Below, one piece after another: positions 8,299 to 19,400 of a stretch of 64,000 nucleotides of DNA. The notes below the pieces were generated by a model. It was not told the DNA's origin. It was given only the letters and a program-made list of their open reading frames with translations, and did no database searches. Both the position numbers and the translations under genes were made by a program. Numbering within the stretch: the first letter of the stretch is position 1; each line of letters opens with the position of its first letter. This stretch comes from Alphaproteobacteria bacterium. Lineage in GTDB: Bacteria; Pseudomonadota; Alphaproteobacteria; JASGCL01. The stretch lies in assembly GCA_965203915.1 (NCBI GenBank), contig OZ241918.1:609532-673531 (forward strand), written 5' to 3'.

Positions 8299-11200
8299 AT
8301 GGTATATAGTTGGAAAAGCGGAACATTAAAGGGCATATCAATAGGAGAAAATGCCACCGCTGGCACAGCCTTGGCTACCTTGGTCGCGCAAGACAGCAAC
8401 ATGACCGAAGCGTTTTTTTACAAATTGAGCGGTTCGGATTCATCGCTTTTTAACATTGATCACTATGGTCGGTTATCGTTAAAACAGGCAATAGATTACG
8501 ATACCACAGGTGGCACTTCATGGTGGCGGACGGCTGACGGGCAATGGCACAGCCCCGACCACCGTTATTCGGTGATGGTGAAGGCGTTCAACGACATCGG
8601 CGTTTTGCAAGCAGCAACGACATTTATTTTAACGGTGATGGATGTTAACGAAGCGCCCGTTTTTCAAACGCTGTTGCAACCATTATGGGGGCAAAATAGC
8701 AAAGGTGCATGGAATATTTGGGCGTCGGGCAGGGATACGATATTTTTAAACCTTAGTGAGAGCGATACGATAGCGGGATTGCACGTGGCAAAATTCCGAG
8801 CGGTGGATCCTGAAATGGGCACCGACGTCACCTATGATATAACGGGTGCCGACAAAGGTTATTTCAGCATCGACAGCAATGGGCGTTTGTATTTGAGATC
8901 GAATTTGGATTATGAAGATATGACGCATCCTACTCATATTTACAGCGTGGTGGTGATATCGGGGACAGTCAATGGTGGCGCGGGGGGAATGGTTAGCGAA
9001 CTGGTGGTGATAAGCCTGGGGAATGTGGACGATAATCCAACGGTGTGGAAGTCCCCAGTATCAGGGCGAGTGATTAATCAAAAAGCAAGCATAGATAATA
9101 TATCAGCGTTAGCAAGTCCGTTAAGTATTGCGAATTTTGCCGCGAGCGATGGCGACGCGGGGCAATGGGTCAGTTATTATCTTTCTGGTCATGATTCATG
9201 GTTATTCAGCATCAACAGCAATGGGTTGTTGATGTTGAAGTATGATGTTGATTATGAAAAGATTGGAACTGTGCGCCCCAACCATCAAATTTGGGTGATG
9301 GTCAGCGCCTATGCGCCGCCTGGCGGCGGGGTTAAAACGTGGGGGGGCATATTAGCCAACTATTCATCTTGACCATCAATGACGTGGAGACATCTGCGCG
9401 GGAGTTAGCCAAGACATTCATAAGCGGTATCGCGCTAAACGAAAACAATGCGATAGGTGATTCGGTGGGGCAATTTGCAACATTGGCTGGCGGGAAGGTT
9501 GTTACTTACAGCCTTGGTGGGACGGACGCCAATTATTTCACCATCGATAGCAATGGTAATTTAAAATTAAAGTCGGTTTTGGATTTTGAAGATACGGGGC
9601 ATGCCGCCAAAAATTATAGCGTGGTGGTGACGGCGAAGTCGAACGATGCGAGCCCCGCCATTAGTCAATTATTTGTGTTGAGTTTGGGCAATGTGAATGA
9701 AGCAACAGGTTTTGTCGCTACGACAACAGGCGGTGCCGTTAGCGAAAATAATACGGTGGGTTTGGTGGTGGGTAATTTCTTGGCGACCGATGGCGATGGG
9801 GTGGCGGTAATTTATGATGTAAGTGGCGCGGACGCCAATTATTTCACCATCGATGCCACTGGTAATTTAAAATTAAAGTCGGTTCTGGATTTTGAAGACC
9901 TAAACCGCACCGCGCACAATTACAGCGTGTTGGTGACGGCGAAGGCGAGCGATGCAAGTGGTGCGATAAGTCAATTATTTATTTTGAGTTTGGGCAATGT
10001 GAATGAAGCAACAGGTTTTGTCGCCACGACAACGGGTGCGGCCCTTAGCGAAAATAATGCGGTGGGGGTTATTGTAGGAAATTTCTTGGCGACCGATGGT
10101 GATGGGGCGGTGGTGACATATGGTATTGGTGGGACGGACGCCAATTATTTTACCATCGATGCCACTGGCAATCTCAGGTTAATATCAAGTTTGGATTTTG
10201 AAGATGTGGGGCATAACGCCAACAATTACACGGTTGTCGTAACGGCGAAGGCGAGTGATGCGAGCGGCGCGATTAGTCAATTGTTTGTTTTGAGTTTGGG
10301 CAATGTGAATGAAGCAACAGGTTTTGTCGCCACGACAACGGGTGCGGCCGTTAGTGAAAATAATGCAGTGGGTGTTGTGGTGGGTAATTTCCTAGCAACC
10401 GATGGTGATGGGGTGGCGGTGAATTATGATTTAAGTGGAGCCGATGCCAATTATTTTACCATCGACAGCAATGGTAATTTAAAATTAAAGTCGGTTCTGG
10501 ATTTTGAAGACCTAAACCATACCGCCAAAAATTATAGCGTGATGGTGACGGCGAAGTCGAGCGATACGAGCGGTGCCATTAGCCAAGTTTTCGTCTTAAC
10601 CCTTGGCAATATCAATGAAGCAACAGGTTTTGTCGCCGCACCAACCAGTGGTGGAGCGACGAGCGAAAACAATGCAGTGGGCGTGGTCATCGCCAATTTT
10701 CTGGCAACCGATGGTGATGGGGCGGTGGTGACTTATGATTTAAGTGGGACGGACGCCAATTATTTTACCATCGACAGCAACGGTAATTTAAAATTAATAT
10801 CGGTTTTGGATATTGAAGATGCGAATCACGCCGCGCACAATTACACGGTTGTCGTGACGGCAAAGGCGAGCGATGCTAGCCCCGCCATTAGCCAACTCTT
10901 CGTCTTAACCCTTGGCAATATTGATGAAGCAACAGGTTTTGTCGCCACGCCGACCAGTGGCGTGGCGATAAGCGAAAACAATACGGTGGGAACGGGTGGA
11001 GCGATAAGCGAAAACAATGCGGTGGGTTTTGTGGTTGGTAATTTCCTGGCAACCGATGGTGATGGAGCGGCGGTGATATATGATGTAAGTGGCGCGGATG
11101 CCAATTATTTCACCATCGACAGCAATGGTAATTTAAAATTAATATCGGTTTTGGATATTGAAGACCTAAACCACACCGCCCATAATTACACGGTTGTCGT

Positions 11201-14200
11201 AACGGCAAAGTCGAGCGATGTCAGCCCCGCCATTAGCCAACTCTTCGTCCTAACCCTTGGTAATGCGGATGATACAACCAGGTTCGTTACCGCACCCACA
11301 GGCAGCGCGATGAGCGAAAACAATGCAGTGGGGATAGTGGTGGGTAATTTCTTGGCGACCGATGGTGATGGGGCGGCGGTGATATATGATGTAAGTGGCG
11401 CGGACGCCAATTATTTCACTATCGACAGCAATGGTAATTTAAAATTAATATCGGTTTTGGATATTGAAGATGCGAATCACGCCGCCCATAATTATACGGT
11501 TCTCATAACGGCAAAGTCGAGTGATGCAAGCGGCGCGATAAGTCAACTCTTCATCTTAACCCTTGGCAATATTGATGAAGCAACCAGTTTTGTCGCTACG
11601 CCGACCAGTGGCGTGGCGATAAGCGAAAATAATGCGGTGGGTTTTGTGGTGGGTAATTTCTTGGCGACCGATGGTGATGGAGCGGCGGTGATATATGATG
11701 TAAGTGGAGCGGACGCCAATTATTTTACCATCGATGCCACTGGTAATCTAAAATTAATATCAAGTTTAGATTTCGAAGACCTAAACCACGCCACCAACAA
11801 TTACACGGTTGTCGTGACGGTGAATCCGATCGATGCCAGCGGTGCGATAAGCCAACTCTTCGTCTTAACTCTTGGCAATATTGATGAAGCAACAGGTTTT
11901 GCCGCTACGCCGACCAGTGGCAGTGCGATAAGTGAAAATAATGCAGTCGGGGTGGTGGTTGGTAATTTCCTGGCGACCGATGGCGATGGGGCGGCGGTGA
12001 TATATGATGTAAGTGGGACGGATGCCAATTATTTTACTATCGATAGCAATGGTAATTTAAAATTAAAGTCGATTTTGGATTTTGAAGATACGGGGGGCAC
12101 ACCGCCAAAAATTATAGCGTGGTGGTCATGGCGAAGGCAACCGATGCGAGCGGTGCGATAAGTCAATTATTTATTTTGAGTTTGGGTAATGTGGATGAAG
12201 CGGCGGGTTTTGTCGCTACGACAACAGGCGGTGCCGTTAGTGAAAATAATGCGGTGGGTTTGGTGGTGGGTAATTTTCTGGCGACCGATGGTGATAAGGT
12301 GGCTGTTACCTACAGCCTTGGTGGGACTGATGCCAATTATTTCACCATCGATAGCAATGGCAATTTAAAATTAATATCGGTTTTGGATATTGAAGATGCG
12401 AATCACGCCGCTCACAATTATACGGTTGTCATAACGGCGAAGGCGACCGATGCCAGCCCCGCCATTAGCCAATTGTTTGTGTTGAGTTTGGGCAATGTGA
12501 ATGAAGCAACAGGTTTTGTCGCCACGACAACGGGTGCGGCCGTTAGCGAAAACAATACGGTAGGCATCGTGGTGGGTAATTTCCTGGCGACCGATGGCGA
12601 TGGGGCGGTGGTGACTTATGATTTAAGTGGGAGCGATGCCAATTATTTTACCATCGACAGCAATGGTAATTTAAAATTAATATCGGTTTTAGATATTGAA
12701 GATGCGAATCACACCGCCAAAAATTATAGCGTGGTGGTCATGGTGAAGGCGAGCGATGCCAGCGGTGCCATTAGCCAAGTCTTCGTCTTAACCCTTGGCA
12801 ATATCGATGAAGCAACAGGTTTTGTCGCCACGACAACGGGTGTGGCCGTTAGTGAAAATAATGCAGTGGGTGTTGTGGTGGGTAATTTCCTAGCGACCGA
12901 TGGTGATGGGGCGGCGGTGATATATGATGTAAGTGGCGCGGACGTTAATTATTTTACCATCGATGCCACTGGTAATCTAAAATTAATATCAAGTTTAGAT
13001 TTCGAAGACCTAAACCACACCTCCAAAAATTACAGCGTGGTGGTAACGGCAAAGTCGAGCGATGCTAGCCCCGCCATTAGCCAAGTTTTCGTCTTAACCC
13101 TGGGCAATACGACTGATCCAACAGGTTTTGTTGCCACAACAACGGGTGCGGCCGTTAGCGAAAACAATGCAGTGGGCGTTGTGGTTGGTAATTTCTTGGC
13201 GACCGATGGTGATGGGGTGGCGGTGATATATGATGTAAGTGGCGCGGACGTTAATTATTTTACCATCGATGCCAGTGGTAATTTAAAATTAAAGTCAGTT
13301 TTGGATATTGAAGATGCGAATCATACCGCCCACAATTACACGGTTGTCGTAACGGCGAAGTCGAGCGATGCCAGCCCCGCCATCAGCCAACTCTTCATCC
13401 TAACCCTTGGCAATATTGATGAAGCAACGGGTTTTGTTGCCACGACAACGGGTGCGGCCCTTAGCGAAAATAATGCGGTGGGGGTTATTGTAGGAAATTT
13501 CTTGGCAACCGATGGTGATGGGGTGGCGGTGATTTATGATGTAAGTGGAGCCGATGCCAATTATTTTACCATCGATAGCAATGGTAATTTAAAATTAAAG
13601 TCGGTTTTGGATATTGAAGATGTGGGGCATGTTGCCCAGAATTACACGGTGGTGGTAACGGCGGGTTCGGTGGTTGGCAATCACATCGCCAGTCAAGTTT
13701 TCGTCTTAAGCCTTGGCAATGTCGATGAACCAACAAGTTTTGTTGTCGTACCGACCAGTGGCACGGCGATAAGTGAAAATAATACAGTGGGGCTGGTGGT
13801 TGGTAATTTCCTGGCGACCGATGGCGATGGTTCGGCTGTTACCTACAGCCTTGGCGGGACGGATGCCAATTATTTTACCATCGATGCCAGTGGCAATTTA
13901 AAATGTAAATCAAAGTTAGACTTTAAAGACCTGAATCACACGGCTAATAATTACAGCGTGGTGGTGGTGGCGAAGTCGGTCGATGCCAGCCCCGCCATCA
14001 GCCAATTGTTTGTGTTGAGTTTGGGCAATATTGATAAAGCAACAAATTTTATCGGCACGACAAGGGGTGGCATCATCAGCGAAAACAATGCAGTGGGAGT
14101 TGCGGTGGCTAGTTTCCGCGCCAGCGATGGCGATGGCGTGGCGGTAACATACAGCGTGGGTGGCGCGGATGCAGATTATTTTATGATAGATACTACGATA

Positions 14201-15880
14201 TTTTTTATAAGCGGCAATAATTATTTAAAGTTAAGATCAAGTTTAAATTATGAAGATGCCAATCACCGCGACCATAAGTATAGCGTGACGATAATTGCCA
14301 AATCAACCGATGCCAGCCCCGCCATCAGTCAATTGTTTGTGTTGACTGTGGGCAATATTTCCGAACCAACCAGTTTCATTACTGCGCCATCAACGCGCAG
14401 CGTCATCAGCGAAAACAATGCACTGGGAGTTGTGGTGGGTAATTTCCTGGCGACCGATGGTGATGGTGCGGCGGTGACATACAGCCTTGGTGGGACGGAT
14501 GCCAATTATTTTACTATCGATAGCAATGGTAATTTAAAATTAAAGTCAGTTTTGGATTTTGAAGATACGAATCACACCGCCCAGAATTACACGGTGGTGG
14601 TAACGGCAACATCGACCGATGCCAGCCCCGCCATCAGCCAATTATTTGTATTGGGCGTGGGTAATGGTGATGACCCAACTGCTTTTGTTGTCGCACCGAC
14701 GGGTAGTGCCATTTTCGAAAATAATGCGTTAGGGGAGACGGTGGGTATTTTCCGCGCGATCGATGGCGATGCGGCGGCCGTAACCTACTCCTTAAGTGGG
14801 GCGGATGCATCTTACTTCAGTATTAATCGCAATGGCAATCTAAGCTTAAAATCAAGCCTCAATTATGAAGATCCTAATCACAAATCCCCTCATTACAGCG
14901 TGGTGGTGGTGGCAAAGTCGGTCGATGCAAGCCCCGCCGTCAGCAAATTGTTTGTGCTGACCGTGGGAAATGCGAACGAGCCAACCATATTTACTACATC
15001 AAGAGACGGCATCAAGATGCTGAGCTATGATTATACACCGCCCAGAGTCGTAGGTATTTTTAGTGCCACCGATGACGATGGGTTAGCGATAACATATGGC
15101 GTGAGTGGGAAGGATGCAAAATTTTTTAATATAGATGCCGCTGGTAAGTTATTATTAATATCAACTTTAAATTATGACGATCCGACTCATTCAAACCATC
15201 TCTATAGCGCGGTGGTGACCGCAAGATCATTGGATGGTGGTTCGGCCATCAGCAAACTTTTTGTTTTAACCCTGGTCGATAAGATTGAAATAGGCGACGC
15301 GTTTGACAAGCAACATGCCGACCACACGGCATACATCGACGGCACCACGGCGACCCATGCGGTGAATGTGGGCGGCATCATTGGCCACGATGACGCGGGT
15401 AATATTGATTATGCCAATGTGCAATTCCACGGCGTCAATTACACCGACAAAGTCATTACCCACAATGTTGACCCCGATGGTTTACAATCAACCACGGTGG
15501 ATTATGTGGTGCGTGGAATTAGCGATCTGGAATCTTTACGGATAAGCTTCAACGGCTTCACCGATACCGATGGCAGCAAGCATAACCATTGGTTCTTCGT
15601 CAAGGATGATGCAGCGGACAACAGCGGGCATATTGTATTCGATGCCGATGGGCAGAATGTAAACCTGCATAGTTTTGCTAATGTCGGTGGTTTAGCAACG
15701 TCTGACCAAATCAATTTATTGGCTTGTTCGAATTACGGCATTGACGGCGATTTTACCAAACCAACCGACTTGAATTTGAATTTGGCTTCCGACCCATTGC
15801 ATCAAAACATCGCGGGGGCATTGACCTTCGACCAATTCCTCGCCCTCCTCGGCGGCAGTCAGCATATCAGTTTTGTTTAG
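8299..15880 (+). CDS. Giant cadherin-repeat protein B (~2530 aa if intact), split by two frameshifts into ORFs 8299-9372, 9339-12161 and 12119-15880
   Basis: Start MVYSWK after AGGGG. Protein homology continues across the breaks at G7 (9341-9347) and G6 (12092-12097). Conserved C-terminal domain at 15314-15880. Confidence 0.85.
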
Positions 15881-16410
15881 TTAATCTTTGCCGTCCTTAT
15901 AGTATGACTTTGGGGCAGTAAGGCGGTTGTCGTGCATTTTTGCATATTTCTTGCCTATATTAACGGAACAATTTTTTATCCTCTTTTCATATTTATACTA
16001 TCAGGCAGTGCTTATAATCCGTTACCTTTATTGCTAAGAGAGGGCTTGAAAAATCTAATAAGCCTTCTTTGTTTACTATTTCCATTAAAAAGAGTATAAT
16101 AAGTAAAATTTACTAAAAAAAACGAAATAAGTAGATAAATTATGTTTTAAACCCTGATATCAGGGCGATTTGATAGGCATTATATGTCATTTATCAAAAG
16201 AAGAATAAATTATATTTTACTATTTTTAATAGTATTTTAAGCAGGTAAATAACTCTCAGTAAGTTATTTTGGAGATATTTGAAGTAGTATATTCTCAACT
16301 TTATTGAATTATATTAAAATTCTACTATTAATAAGCGTAATTGTCTTTTAATGCAAAGTGTAAATGCCCATTACACTTACTAAAAAGAGTATTTACCTAT
16401 AATAAAACTC

Positions 16411-16439
16411 TTGACTGTATAAGTATATTTTACTAAAAT
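16411..16439 (+). promoter_or_regulatory. Sigma70-like promoter of gene C: TTGACT-N17-TAAAAT
   Basis: Exact 17-bp spacer, 47 bp upstream of the ATG at 16487; homologous to the gene B promoter. Confidence 0.7.
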
Positions 16440-16486
16440 AATAGCTGTAAATAGCATAAAATAGAAAAATAAAGCAATAAACGGAC

Positions 16487-19400
16487 ATGGCATATAGTTG
16501 GAAAAACGGGATATTAAAGGGCCTACCAATAGGAGAGAATACCGTGGCTGGCACTGCCTTGGCGACCTTGGTTGCGCAAGACAGCAACATGACCGAAGCT
16601 TTTTTTTACACATTGAGTGGTTCGGATTCATCACTTTTTAACATTGATATCTATGGTCGGTTATCATTAAAACAAGCGATAGATTACGATACCACGGGTG
16701 GATGGTGGCGGTCGGCGGATGGGCAATGGCACAATCCCGACCATCGTTATTCGGTGGTGGTGAATGCTTTCAATGACACCGGCGTTCTGCAAACAGCGAC
16801 GACATTTATTTTGACCGTGATGGATGTTAACGAAGCACCCGTTTTTCAATGGCAACAACAACCATTATGGGGACAAAACAGCAAAGGCGCATGGAATATT
16901 TGGGCATCTGGCGACGATACTATATTTTTAAACATTAGTGAAAATAATGTGGCGGGAATGCAGGTGGCAAAATTCCGAGCGTTGGATCCTGAAATGGGGT
17001 CCAACGTCACCTATGATATAACGGGCGCCGACAAAGGTTATTTCAGTATTGATAGCAATGGGCGTTTGTATTTGAAATCAAGTTTGAATTTTGAAGATAT
17101 GGGGCATACAGCGCATAATTACAGCGTGGTGGTGGTTGCGGGCGCGGTCAATGGCGGCGCGGTGGGGATGGTTAGCGACCTGGTGGTGATAAGCCTGGGG
17201 AATGTGGACGATAATCCAACGGTGTGGAAAGCGCCCCCAGTATCAGGGTTAGTGATTAACCAAAAAGCAGGTATAGATAGTATAGCAGCGTTAGCAAGTC
17301 CGTTAAGTATTGCGAATTTTGCCGCGAGCGATGGCGACGCGGGGCAGTGGGTGAGTTATTATCTGTCAGGCCATGATTCATGGTTATTCAGCATCGACAG
17401 CAATGGGGTGTTGATGCGCAAGTATGATTTTGATTATGAAAAGATTGGAGCCGTGCGCCCCAACCACCAAATTTGGGTGATGGTCAGCGCCTATACCCCG
17501 CCTGGCGGCGGGGTTAAAACGTGGGGTGGGCATATTAGCCAACTATTCATCTTGACCATCAATGATTTAGCCAATACATCCCTAAGCGGCATCGCGCTAA
17601 ACGAAAACAATGCGATTGGTGATTCGGTGGGGCAATTTGCAATATTGGCTGGCGGTAATGTTGCTGTCACCTATAACCTTGGCGGGACGGACGCCAATTA
17701 TTTTACCGTCGACGCCACTGGTAATTTAAAATTAAAATCGGTTTTGAATTTTGAAGATGCGGTGCATACCGCCCATCATTACAGCGTGGTGGTGACGGCG
17801 AATCCGATCGATGGGAGCGGCGCCACCAGTCAATTATTTATATTGAGCTTGGGGAATGCTGATGATAACGCCACGGTGTGGAAAAAAACGCCACTAAGCG
17901 GTCGGGCGATTGATGAAAATGGCGATGTGGCGGCATCGACAGTGTTGGCAACGGCGGTAAGTATTGCGCAATTTGAGGCCAGCGATGGCGATGGTCAAGC
18001 AATAGGTTATAATTTGAGCGGCGGCGACGCGGCATTATTCAGCATTGACGGCAACGGCGTCTTGTATCGCAAGGTTGATTTTGATTATGAAACTATTCGC
18101 GCCAGCCATCAATTTACGGTGATGGTTCATGGATTTGGTAAACCGACTGCTGACGGTATCACGGTTAATGGTGTCAGCATTAGCCAATTGTTTGTGTTGA
18201 CGATTAACAATGTGGCTGAGGCGGCGGGTTTTGTTGCCACGACAACGGGTGCGGCCGTTAATGAAAATAATACGGTGGGGCTGGTCGTTGGTAATTTTTT
18301 GGCGACCGATAGTGCGGCAGCGGCGATGACCTACAGCCTTGGTGGCACGGACGCCAATTATTTCACCATCGACGCTACGGGCAATTTAAAATTAAAGTCA
18401 GTTCTGGATTTTGAAGATGTGGGGCATGTTGCCCAGAATTACACGGTGGTGGTAACGGCGGGTTCGGTGGTTGGCAATCATATCGCCAGTCAAGTTTTTG
18501 TCTTAAGCCTTGGCAATGTCGATGAAGCAACAAGTTTTGTTGTCGCACCGACCAGTGGCGGCGCGATAAGTGAAAACAATGCGGTGGGGATTGTGGTTGG
18601 TAATTTCCTGGCGACCGATGGTGATAAGGTGGCTGTTACCTACAGCCTTGGTGGGACTGATGCCAATTATTTTACCATCGATGCTACTGGCAATTTAAAA
18701 TTAAAATCAAGCTTGGATTTTGAAGATACCAATCATACCGCCAAAAATTATAGCGTGGTGGTCATGGCGAAGGCGACCGATGCGAGTCCCGCCATCAGCC
18801 AACTCTTCGTCCTAACCCTGGGTGATGTGGCTGAGGCGGCAAGTTTTGTTGCCGCGCCCACGGGTGGAGCGGCGGTTAGTGAAAATAATACGGTGGGTGT
18901 TGTGGTGGGTAATTTCTTGGCGACCGATAGTGCGGCGGCGGCGATGACATATGGTCTTGGCGGGACGGACGCCAATTATTTCACCATCGATGCCACTGGT
19001 AATCTCAAACTAAAATCGGTTTTGGATTTTGAAGATGCGGTGCACACCGCCCAGAATTATACGGTGGTGGTAACGGCGGGTTCGGTGGTTGGCAATCATA
19101 TCGCCAGTCAAGTTTTTGTCTTAAGCCTTGGCAATGTCGATGAAGCAACAAGTTTTGTTGTCGCACCGACCAGTGGCGGCGCGATAAGTGAAAACAATGC
19201 GGTGGGGATTGTGGTTGGTAATTTCCTGGCGACCGATGGTGATAAGGTGGCTGTTACCTACAGCCTTGGTGGGACTGATGCCAATTATTTTACCATCGAT
19301 GCTACTGGCAATTTAAAATTAAAATCAAGCTTGGATTTTGAAGATACCAATCATACCGCCAAAAATTATAGCGTGGTGGTCATGGCGAAGGCGACCGACG

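Noticed and set aside
16487-16504. N-terminal Trp (MAYSW) as a classical-cadherin strand-swap residue
   Set aside because: Internal repeats have an aromatic residue at the equivalent first-strand position (FTW, TVW, FVW), so it is more simply a core structural residue.
16380-16634. Antisense ORFs over the start of gene C (also 48767-49081 and 63000-63942)
   Set aside because: They overlap well-supported plus-strand genes or promoters and have no recognisable features.
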